Positions 13,416 through 24,690 of a DNA stretch of 64,000 nt are shown piece after piece. The DNA comes from Felis catus (lineage: Eukaryota). The position numbers were made by a program, and so were the translations under genes. The notes beneath the pieces are model-generated. The model worked only from the letters and a program-made list of their open reading frames with translations. It was not told the origin of the DNA and searched no databases. Positions within the stretch are counted from its first letter, which is position 1. The number at the start of each line of letters is the position of its first letter. The stretch is taken from contig NC_058383.1 of assembly GCF_018350175.1 (NCBI RefSeq), positions 27,654,001 to 27,718,000 of the forward strand, given 5' to 3'.

Positions 13416-15809
13416 TGGACTGTCTTTTCATAAAGGGACACAATTACTCCTAAAATGTCACTGGTTTTGTTTGGTTTGTTTTTATTTTTTGTTTGTTTCT
13501 TTTGCTTTCCCTCAAAAGGTCAAAGTGAAAGATACTAATACTCATGATGTGCCTAAGTCTTAATCTAAGTCTCTAGCACAGATCTGCCTTGAACATATCC
13601 TCAGTAGATTTTTTTGTCCCTAGTCAGGACTGAAACTTTCATATCTGGAGTCAATAGATTTAAGGCACAGGTAGATGTCATTTTGAAAATGTTACCAAGG
13701 AAGGGTTAATTCCTTGAATCACTGTCAGCTTATCTACATTAATTACAACATTAGCCAATTCAAAAAAAGATCTCTAAGAGAATGGGACACAGGGTAGGTA
13801 AGTTTTGATGGCGACAAAGTATAAAAACACTGTCTTAGTGTTTTTCTCCTTGAGGGACGATAGGATTCTTCCTGGCAGGGAAGGCTGGACAACCATGAGG
13901 ACCCACAAAGTCTTGTAGGGCATGAAAACAGAGAAGTAAGGTATAAGGAAGGAAACAGGTTCCTGATCCAAGATCCACTCGACTCCTAGATTCTGACAGT
14001 CATTAACTAGCAGTGTGGTTAGGGGTGAGTTTCTTAGTTTCTTATCTTCAAAAAAATAAGAAGATTAAGATCCTGCACCACCTGCCCCCAAAGGCTTCTG
14101 TAGGGACCTAGGGAGCTAATGGAAGAAGAAGTGTTTGGAAAGGAACCGGGGCTATTTGGCTGTAGGAGGTGGGGAGCAGGATGTCACTGGAGGACTTCAG
14201 GTCTCTGGCTCAAGAAATCACGTGAGTGAGACAGGACACCTTGGAAGAAAAACACTGGAGGAGAAGCATTCAGTGTGGCTCAAACTGAGCTTCCCTAGCT
14301 AGTGAACCATTCAAATGAGATGTGGGGTTAGGCCACTGCATATACAGAGCTGTGGGGGCATATGTTCTCACGAACTGGACGAATAATCAGACACTGAGTC
14401 CCACTGTCAGCTAGAGCTGCTCTGGCTTTGACAGCTACTTCTCCAGGCACTCCAGTTCTTGTCATTAGTCCTCCAGGGCCCCAAGACCCCTCCACAGGAT
14501 CCTCTCCCATTCCTTTGCAGATAAGTCAGCAGAAAGCCCATGCTAAGTCCCAGGTGATAAATGAAGCCCTTCCCCAAAGAGTTTGGCCCAAGCCCAAGGC
14601 AGCAGCTTGCCTGTCGATTTATCGTCCATTTAAATCATTTCTTGCCTCTTATGACAAAATGTTAATGACAAAATATAGGTGATCCTCCAAGAGAGGGAAA
14701 GGCTATATTTTTGCAACTGGAAATTAGAAATGTATTATTAATAATGAACATTAATTATATATTTTAATGCTCGCATGGGAGAGCTGACGGGGCGTAATTT
14801 TCAGAGAGGTGCAGGGGAGCCCTGGAACCCAGAACGGACATTTTATTAAACACGGATCCTATTTCCTGCATGCATGAATATTTCATTTGGAATATTTACT
14901 CCATCCTATTATGCAGCCATTCCTTCTTAGCTAAGCCACAGTTTTAGACAAGTCTTTTCTCTTTCTTGATCTTGTTCTTGAAAGAATGACACTTATCCAG
15001 AAATGATGTATAATTCTAAAAAAGAGTATCCTGAGAACCATATTAAAATTTGCTTAGTGCCCAGGAAAATCCGTAGTAGCAATGGAAGGGAGCCCCATGA
15101 CCACTTAAGGCTGAGAACAGCTCCATGGTTGCTGAAATCACTCGAAATCACTTATCCCAGGAAGACTTTCCAATTATCTAATTCCTGGGACCAGGTCTGC
15201 CTCATTTTCTTCCACAGTGGCCTGTCTTGTCCCTATCAGAGCCCCCACTAGGACGTCCCAATTGCCTGCGAAAGACGCACATGTCCCCTTCCAGATGCCC
15301 AGATTCTGAATGGAAGGCCAGGCACAGATTTCGAAAAGCTGTACGGCTCATCAGAAGTGAACATTTTAACAAGTGTGCAGAAACATACACACACATGACT
15401 TACAGCGCTGCAAACAGAGTGAAAGTAAGAAGGCAGATGTACTCACCTTCTTCCTTACAGTTTACATGTCTCTAGCCTTCACATTAAGACCACTCCTGCT
15501 ATTCCAGGGTATTGTATTAAAGAAAATCTTTCTCCTCCTTTGACTTATGGAACATAGTATCATTTCCTTCCTCACGACCTCACAGCAAGATGCTTTTCAT
15601 TAAATGGACTTTCTTGATAGAAGTAAACTGACCTTCAGAGTGACTAGGGAATAAGCCCTCAGGTGCACATGCTGGTACCTGCTAGAACTGGGTTAGAAGT
15701 GAAGACTGATTCCCAAGCTCATGTATGTGGCCGCTGTACATGACACTACTCAAGGTCCCCATCACTGGGTGAACTTGGGGAAGACCATGATAATCTTAAC
15801 CTAGAGCAA

Positions 15810-16030
15810 GTACTACCATTTACTTACAGCACGCTGACAGCTTTGCACACAGCATCTCATTTAGTTCTCTCAACAATCCCATGAAGTAGATATAGTTATT
15901 TCCCCTATTTTATTGACGAGAGAAGTGAGGCTCAGAGAGGTGAAGCTACTTGGCCAGACACACACAGCTTTTAAGTGTGGCATCAGAAACAGAACTCAAA
16001 CCTGACTCCAAAACAGAAGCCTTTCCACGT
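15810..16030 (-). mobile_element. MIR SINE fossil
   Basis: gagagaagtgaggctcagagaggtgaagctacttggccagacacacacagct. Confidence 0.8.
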
Positions 16031-16504
16031 TGCCATCAAAGCAGCAGTCTCAAAGGCACAATGATTTGCTTACCGACCGCCCAGAGAAAAGGTAACAACC
16101 TTGCACTGCTCGTCCTAAACTCTTTTGTTCCTGCTTGTGCCAGACTGCAGACTGCAACCCAGTGCTGCCAGTGCTGCCTCAGGGCCCCTCTGGGTCTTTG
16201 GGGCCACAGAAGCCACTTCTCCAGTCTAAAAACACTTCCTGACTTCGAAGTCCAGTTTTATCTGGGTGAAGAACTCTACTGGAGATGTGCCTATAAGAGA
16301 TTTTAACTCTGGCTACCTTTTGGGACAGGCTATGGGACAAGCTTTCTAATGAACACTAAATGCCATCAGTGTGGTTTTCATGGTGAGCGCTAAGAACTTC
16401 CAAAAGAGTATGATAGAAACCCTAGACAAAGGAGCTTGTGCGTGCAAATAAGATGATGCAAAACTCCGCAATTTGGGTATGAAGTTCGAAAGGCCATTTA
16501 GGTT

Positions 16505-16795
16505 TCATGAAGAGTTTTTAATGATGTGAGAAGATTGTCACACAAGTATGTTAAGGAAAAAGGATGAGTAGGTATGAAACTCTGCACAGGGTCTGACGAT
16601 AATTATGTAAATATCTAAAAGGTGTGTGAGGGGGAGCGGGGGAGAATCTGAAGATAAACACACCGAAATGCTAACAATGCCTGCTGACAGATGGCGTTAT
16701 GGAGACTTCAAATTTTCTCTTCTTATATACTTTGTTGAATTTTCCAAATCCTCCTCAATGAAAATATTTGCCTTTGTCACAGAGGAAAATAAACA
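16505..16795 (+). mobile_element. Ancient L1 (L1ME/L1MC-type) 3' end
   Basis: acaccgaaatgctaacaatg ... ttttccaaatcctcctcaatgaa ... aataaa. Confidence 0.5.
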
Positions 16796-19366
16796 CTGAA
16801 GTAACTACAATCTGTTAGGTTATAATTTTAAAATTTACATGGAGGTCTAACGTAGATTTGATCATGAACTTGAAAAGGAGAATAAACTTTCAGATTTGGC
16901 TCCCGTGCCCATTCACCATTAGAGAGCATTTTCTTTGCATATTTTCTCTTTGTTCCTCTCCTTCGGAGATCATGCAGTTCGAATACGTGTGTTAAACAAA
17001 CTTATCTGAATGTGTGGGAACCAATTACAGACTTCCTGCCAAGCCCAGACGAGGGGGGAGGAGCAGCATCTAATTCCCCTGTCACATACCTGTCACACAC
17101 ATGTATTTAGGCTGCACACAGATGACACTTCTCTGGACAAAGGATAATACTGCAATCACTCCTGATTATGTTCCTGCTACCACCACACCATTGGTCACAG
17201 GGGTAGTTACTGTCGTGGGCTGGAAGGAGGAAGGAGGAAGGAGGAAAGAGGAAGGAGGAGGACATGTGAAAGTTATTGCAATTTGAACTCATGATGTCTT
17301 TATGAAAGCCTGTGCTTCAGAATCAGAACCCCCTCACCTTCTTTCAGAACAGCCGTCAGATATTCTGGATATGAGACATGCCTAATGGTCAGTAAAATTT
17401 CTTAAGTTTCTGTGGGGTAGAGTGTCCATCCTAATTTACGTTTGCCCAGGACATTAGAAGCCACGACTCCAATGAAAAAGAAATAGGTCCTGTGGATTGA
17501 AAGAAGGGGTCGGTGTAATTTTCCAATGACAATTTTTTTCCTGCAAATATCAATGAGGAAAGTGTGCTTTTTCTTTCAAGCCTGCGGTGAACTTTATATT
17601 CATTTTCGGAGCAACTCCGTCTTTGAGAGCCACTCTTGATTTTGTACTCATGAAAACTTGATTTAAAAAAAAAATCAGGAAGGTATGTTATGAGAGCTAT
17701 TGGTCCACTTTCTAATGGCCCGGATTCCCTTCTTCAAGGCCAAAGCCATAACTCTAAGATGAAAATATATGTTCACAGGGTCCTTACCAATGCCTATTAA
17801 GCCAGGAATGAGGCAAGAAGCAGAAAAGATCGACAGCATATTTTCATTCAATCTCTCTTAAAATAATGATGCATGCAGCTTCATGTCATTACTTTTTAAT
17901 GATCTTAGCCTAGTTAATAGCACAGTAATATTCCAAAAAGGAGCAGGGAATTATTTCCACATTTAATTTTCATCGCAAAAGTGAAAGGAGCTCGCTCTCT
18001 ATTTTTTTCTGCCAGAGAAGCTGTCTGCTGCCTATGACTGCATTAGCTCTGCTACATTACAGCTGAGCTAATGGATCAAAACCAAGTGATTAGTTTCCTA
18101 CTCTTTTGAGCATTTCCAAGTACTGACTGACTGGCTCCCAGAAACCTGGACATGGGCTTTCAAAGTCTACATGAAGTTGGCTGGGGCCTTTTGACCTTCC
18201 AACAGACTTGGCTTGGGATTCATTACATGTGTTCCTTTGGGCTACTGGGTCACATAGAATAATTAGGAAAGAGGGCTTCCGGGGAATATAATAGAGATCA
18301 TATGCTCAGTTTTTCAAGCCTAGCGAAAAGCCCAAATGATCCAAAATGGTCCAATGCAAGGAGAGACCGCTCATTCACTCATTCATTCATTCGTCCATTC
18401 ATTCATCAGTTACCGTGTGCCAGGCGCTGTCCTAAGCCCTTGGCGTGCTATACCCAACACGACAGAGATGGGTCCCTGTGTTGAAGCTCAGAGCAGCAAT
18501 ATTCTGAGTGTGGGATTTCCTCAATAAAAGAAGCTCTTGACTGGAACAAGTACAATGGATTTAATGGGAACTTTTGTTTGGGGAAGAAAGACAATAATAA
18601 GCAGCAGAGCAACCTAAATTGTAAGATGCAGCCCAAATACTATTAAATGTGGCCAAAAATAAAAGCCTCTCTCTGAACCAGGATGAGATGCGACTATACC
18701 CTCAGCAGAATGGCTCAAGTTGGGACAACACCGTATGTTGGCAAGGATATAGAGCAACTCTAACTCTCATACATTGCTGTGGGAAGGTAAAACGGGTCAA
18801 CCACTGTGTAAAAGGTTCTGAGTTTCTTATAAGATGAAACACACAAACATACTCTGACCCAGCTGGTCCACTCCGAGGCAGATGTCCTAAAGAAATGAGA
18901 GCACAGGACCACAAAAGGCTTGCACAAGCATGTCACAGCAGCTCTATTCACAACAGCCAAAAGCTGGCACCGTTGTTCATCAAGAGGAGACTCGGGAACA
19001 CACTTTAGAATCCTCATTCAGCGCAGTACTACTCAAAACACCAAAGAAACAAAATACTGATACATGCGACAATAAAGGTGAATCTCACAGACATTATGCT
19101 AAGTGCAATGTCAAACACAAAAGAGCAGATATTATATGATTCCATTTATGTGAGACTAGAACACGCAAAACTAAGCTACTGCGGGAAAAAAATCACAACA
19201 GTGATTGCTTCTGGTGGAGAAAGGAGAAGGGGCTAACAGGGAAGAGACCCCGAAAAATTTTCTGGGGCGACAGTCATGTCCTATGTCTTGATAGGGACTT
19301 GGGTAACACATATGTATATATTCGCCAAAACTCATTTAGTGCTACACTTAAGAACTATGCATTTCA

Positions 19367-19592
19367 GGGGTGCCTGGGTGGCGCAGTCGGTTAAGCGTCC
19401 GACTTCTGCCAGGTCACGATCTCGCGGTCTGTGAGTTCGAGCCCCGCGTCAGGCTCTGGGCTGATGGCTCAGAGCCTGGAGCCTGCTTCCGATTCTGTGT
19501 CTCCCTCTCTCTCTGCCCCTCCCCCGTTCATTCTCTGTCTCTCTCTGTCCCAAAAATAAATAAACGTTGAACAAAAAAATTAAAAAAAAAAA
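19367..19592 (+). mobile_element. Young feline Can-SINE
   Basis: Full length and CpG-rich; perfect 14-bp TSD AACTATGCATTTCA at 19353-19366 and 19593-19606. Confidence 0.97.
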
Positions 19593-19705
19593 AACTATGC
19601 ATTTCATTGTATATGCAAATTTTATAAGAAAAAAAGAACCGTAAACAAATATTGAACTCTGATTAATGATATGCATGCTGATGTCTGCAAATTAGTTTGA
19701 ACATC

Positions 19706-19826
19706 TTTTTTTTTTTTTTTTAGAAAGAGAGCATGAATGGGGGGCTCAATTCCAGGACCCTGGGATCATGACCTGAACCAAAATCGAGAGTCAGAAGCTC
19801 TACTGACTGAAGTGCCCAGGCAGCCC
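19706..19826 (-). mobile_element. Short, internally deleted older Can-SINE
   Basis: Poly-T followed by ggggctcaattccaggaccctgggatcatgacctga...cccaggcagccc; degenerate TSD. Confidence 0.8.
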
Positions 19827-20548
19827 TCCAACTTACTTTGAAATGCATCAAAAATATAAGATCATGAATGAAGCTAATGAGGAAGGAAGGAAGATAAAGA
19901 GATGATAGAGGGATATATGATAAAGCAAGCAGAGTAAAATACAATTCTAGCAACTAGGTGGTTGGTATATGGGTATTCATCTTTCATCCAATAAACTGAA
20001 AAATCAACACGTGAACTTGTTAAGGCTTTAAAATAGGTAGATATGCATGACCCTCACACAGGGGTATTTATATTTCAATCCAATAATTCATTTAACATTC
20101 ACTAATAATCTTTTAAGTTTCCCCATTGCCTCATCTAGTTCCTCATTTTTCAATATAGTAATTACCATGTTTTGTACAATTTCTGTGTGCCAGCTACTAT
20201 GCTAAGTGCTTTCATAAATTATCATTATCATTGCAAACAACCTAGCTATTTAGAGTGTCACTATCACTGCTTTATAGATGACGAAACTAAGGTGCAAGCA
20301 GTTTCAGGTATTTTCTTAAGATTACACACCTATCGTATGGCAAAGCCAGCATTCACAACCTGGTGTGTGTGATGATGGAAGTCCATGCAATTTGAACAAG
20401 CAATAAAAGATTATCTTTAAGGTGCTTTTCTGTTCTGGAATCTGATTCCTGATGGTAAAAACAAAAAAATGCAGAAAAACACGACAACACTGTACTAGAC
20501 ATTGTTGAGCAGAGCTGTTAAGTTTAAGGGTCTTATTGAAACTGGATG

Positions 20549-20612
20549 AAGAAGGAAGGAAGGAATGAGTGGGTGGATGGATGGATGGATGGATGGAAGA
20601 ATGGATGGATGA
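20549..20612. repeat. (GGAA)n/(GGAT)n simple repeat
   Basis: Read directly from the sequence. Confidence 0.85.
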
Positions 20613-23600
20613 AATATTTGAGGCATTACCAGCAGCGACTCTTGCAGACAGGTGTGTTCCCTCTCCCCCAAACACACCTTGTTTTTAAACATAACACAAT
20701 GCAAAAAAAGATACTCAGGGATAAATCTGGAAAAGAGAATATCAGCTGTTATGAGGAACATGAGATCAACAGACTGTTATAGCTGAGGTTGAATTTGTTG
20801 TTTCCTGGAAGTCACAGTGAAGTGGGGGGAGGGGGGGGCCGAAAATCGTGTACTCCCTAGCACTTGCTTTCAGATAAAAGATAGCATACAAATGTATGTG
20901 CAGGGCTGAGCATTCTTCTCCCCCAGACAATTTGGTGGGAATCTACAGTATCTTTACTCAAGGATGTTAACAGTGAACACTTTCTTCGGCTTTTTTTTTT
21001 TTTTTTTTAATGGAAAGATACGAAAACATTGTTCAAATGGACAAAGCTTTGGGAATACTCCTTCAAGCAGTGTATAACCTTAAACAGGAACTCCAGGAAG
21101 GCTCTGCCGTGTGGCTGAACATTAGGTTCACAGGCTTAGTATGATGAAAATCCCATGAATTACTGATTTAGAGCTTGGAGACTCAAGATAAATGACTAAG
21201 TTAACTGGGCTTTCGGTTGATATTGGGCTGCAATTGATTCGTGACTGGTTTCTCTAACAGAAATTCATGGGGCAGAAACTCAGACTTTTGGGTTAGCATG
21301 CACACATTTCTCATTTTGTCGTTAAACACCGCAAATGTTTCTTACCTAGATGATCAACTAAACTGTAACAACATCCCCTTATATTATACAGCACTATGTG
21401 ATTTTCCAAGGCCTTCAACCTCCCCTCTCTCTGCAAATTCGCCTCATCTTTGTACAACAGACGCAGTTACTTCACTTTACAGATAAGGAAACGAAAGGGA
21501 AGAGATTTGACAAAAATTACAAATTTGATAGCCGGGGCAGCTAGAATCTGACCTTGTCCTATGCTCTAAATGGTAACAGTCATTGTAATGGTAACTGTAA
21601 TAACACAGCAATGACAGTTGTAATAATGGTGGTAGCAAGAGCAGTAGCAGTGGCAACAGTAACAGTCGTGAAAACATCCCAGCTTTTAGCAAGATGCTTT
21701 GCAGCCATGGGTCAAGGATTCTCCAGTCCACAGGGAGCACGGAGGACTTCCCAAGCTAGCGGCTCCCTCTCCTGGAGGACTCAGAAAACCAGGGCCTGTG
21801 TGTGCTGCCATTTTGTAAGTTCCTTACCAGGGCTCACAGCTCACTGCCCTCAAGGCAGCACATGAAGCAGAGAGGCTCCTACCTGGACCAATTACATGCT
21901 CAGATTTCCTACAACCTTCCAGAAGCTGGCTGCAATGGGAGACTCGCAGAAGAGGACCTGACCCTATCATTCTTGGCCAAGACCTCAGATCAGGTTTACT
22001 TAGATTCACCTGTTGTCTGACATCTCTATCCCTCCCAATTCAAGATGTGCCAAAGGGGTTCCCAAGTGGTTTGGCGACCACCGATCCTTTATTTCCTCTC
22101 TTCCTATGCCTTATGCTGAAAGAAGTTTGGAGGGCGGTCAGAATAAGGTAAAAAGCGTATGTCCCATGTTAGGGTTCGTGAGCTGCAGATGTGTTCTCAC
22201 CCAAAAGTAAGTGAGAACTGGCTCCTTGCAACTTGCACATCCAGCACAAGCTGCCACAGCCAGGCTCTGTGACTTGGCTTGAGGGTTCCCCCTGTCTCCC
22301 CATCTCCACTGGCCATAAACTAATCAAAAATACGATGACTTTTTATGTCATGAAAAAAATCAACAACACGTCTTTTATTGAATGGCACATAATTCCACAG
22401 ATTTCTGTGTTTTCACATATGACTGAAGCTAATTACCCTCAAGCCACCAAATCAATTATTAAGGATTAAAGACAATGGTATTCAGGAACTAACATCACTG
22501 TTTTCCTAGAGTTCTCCGAAGACTCTAATTTAGCATTTTTGAAAGCGTGGTTGGGCCATGCAGAATCCCTTAGGTCCCTTCTCACATGCAGTAGAGAGGT
22601 CTTTAGTGGTTAACGGGAGACGGAAAACTCATCTGAGCTGCCACAGATGAAGGGGAAAAAGCTTATGTCAACTGACCACTAGGATTTCTATCTCGGCCAC
22701 TACGGCATGACCTGTTTTCCTTCTTCCCAAGCTCTTCATTTTCTCATTACCCCCAACTCACCGTCCTAATGTCACAGGAAAAATAATGTCCTTCCAGTGA
22801 TGCTGTGATCCAGCTCTCTGACTGCCGGAATGCTGACACGTAGAAGCTACCACTGAGGGCATGGGGTGGAGGAGCGGGGAGCTTGGCAGCCGAAGAAAGA
22901 GTGGAAGAAGAGTCTATGGCCCATCAATTACCAGCTTCAAGGGCTGTTCATTAAGTGAGATGATTTATATGAAGCACCTAGCACATAATAAATGCTCAAT
23001 AAACATTAGACCCTTTCCCGCCCCCTTCCACAATCCGATTTCTACCTGCTGATTAATTAGCAAGAGCACTGCATTTCTGAGTGATGCGCCATACAGAGCA
23101 TGGACAGCTGATTCATCATGAATAATGTAATGTCACAATCTGGACTATTTATATTCAGATGAATTGTACATAATATGCCACACATGCTAAAGAGGGATAT
23201 TAATATTTAGCATTCCAAGCTAGGCCGTGATGATTAATTTGGCTTTAACTTTGTATCTTTTTTGCAGAATTCTCAATCTTCTCTCCTTTTAAAGGGACAT
23301 TATAAGAAATGTTTTCTGAAACATAAGTGGAACTTGCTTATGCATCTTTCAAAAGCCTTAAAAATCTCCATAACTTCTTACCCAAATATTTCAGTTCAGA
23401 GGCTTTATCCTGAAGAAGCATTTACAAATACAGGGGGAAAAAATCATTATGCACAAATATGTAATGATAGGTGATTGGTTTGGTAAATTCATCCATTACA
23501 TAGAACATTATGCAGACATTAAAAATTACTTACACAAAGCATTATCAACAACACAGAAATATACTTGTGTCATATATTTAAGTAAAAATAATTAGCAAAC

Positions 23601-23732
23601 ACTAAGGGACTGAAGTCAAAAACACCAAGAGGTTTACAATGGCTTTTCTGAAAGAGTGAGTCTGAGTCTACTGATAATTCCTCCTTCTACTTTTTCAAAC
23701 TTTATAGATATATTTCCCCAACCACTCTTTTA

Positions 23733-23929
23733 TTTTTTTTAATGTTTATTTATTTATTTTGAGAGAGAGAGAACAAGGCAGGGGCAGAGAGAGGAGACAG
23801 AATCCCAAGCAGGCTCCACACTGTCAGCACAGAGCCCAGACATGGGGCTCGATCTCACAAACCGTGAGATCATGACCTGAGTCGAAATCAAGAGCCGGAC
23901 GCCCAAATGACTGAGCCACCCAGGCACTC
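23733..23929 (-). mobile_element. Can-SINE
   Basis: Full length; TSD ccccaac(c/a)a(c/t)tctttta at 23716-23732 and 23930-23946. Confidence 0.95.
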
Positions 23930-23966
23930 CCCCAACAATTCTTTTAATTATAAAAGCTCTTTTAAT

Positions 23967-24186
23967 GGGGCGCCTGGGTGGCTCAGTCAGTTAAGCGTCT
24001 GACTTCGGCTCAGGTCATGATCTCACGGTCCGTGAGTTCGAGCCCCACGTCGGGATCTGTGCTGACAGCTCAGAGCCTGGAGCCTGTTTCAGATTCTGTG
24101 TCTCCCTCTCTCTCTGACCCCCCCCCCCCCCCCGTTCATGCTCTGTCTCTCTCTGTCTCAAAAATAAATAAACATTAAAAAAAATT

Positions 24187-24234
<48 letters not shown>

Positions 24235-24243
24235 AAATAAAAT
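23967..24243 (+). mobile_element. Feline Can-SINE with poly-C run and (AAAT)n tail
   Basis: Starts ggggcgcctgggtggctcag; B-box gagttcgagccc; no TSD found. Confidence 0.95.
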
Positions 24244-24454
24244 ACCACTGATTCTAAGATCAATGAGGTCGAATCTTTGTTTGCCTTTCGCTACCCTGAC
24301 ACCCAGGGTTAGCACAGGCCCTTCCTACATAAACAGACATGCAGTGATTTTTAATGACTTGGTTTTTTTGCAAAATAATTTGCACTACACATTTTTTTTA
24401 CGCTGGCAAATTTCTGAATTCAGGTAAATTAATGACAAAGGGGAGGGTGATGAC

Positions 24455-24690
24455 AATCACCAGCCACCATTTACTGAGCACCTATCATAATGCCTGTCCT
24501 GTGCTAGCCACTTAACCCACTTTATTCCTAATCCTTTTAAGAGCTTTGTGAGTAAATGTCATTATCTGCATATTCCAGATGTGTAAACTGAGGCACATAG
24601 AGGAAACTAAGGAATTCCCCAAGTCCTACAGCTGGTAAGAGTGACTAAAACCCAGCTGTGTGACTCGAGTGTTTTCACTCCTCCCACTAG
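24455..24690 (-). mobile_element. MIR SINE fossil
   Basis: catttactgagcacctatc ... cagatgtgtaaactgaggcacatagagg. Confidence 0.75.

Larger units (their letters stand above)
18680..19985 (+). mobile_element. Old eutherian L1 (L1MC/L1MD-type) 3' part, interrupted by two SINEs
   Basis: Decayed ORF2 end (tgttggcaaggatatagagcaact...cattgctg) and 3' UTR (tatgattccatttatgtga, acttactttgaaatgcatca). Confidence 0.75.

Noticed and set aside
19367..19450. tRNA-like A/B boxes, here and in the other SINE heads
   Set aside because: These are tRNA-derived Can-SINE heads, not tRNA genes.
23085..23110. REST/RE1-like site (catggacagc)
   Set aside because: Only the right half-site matches.
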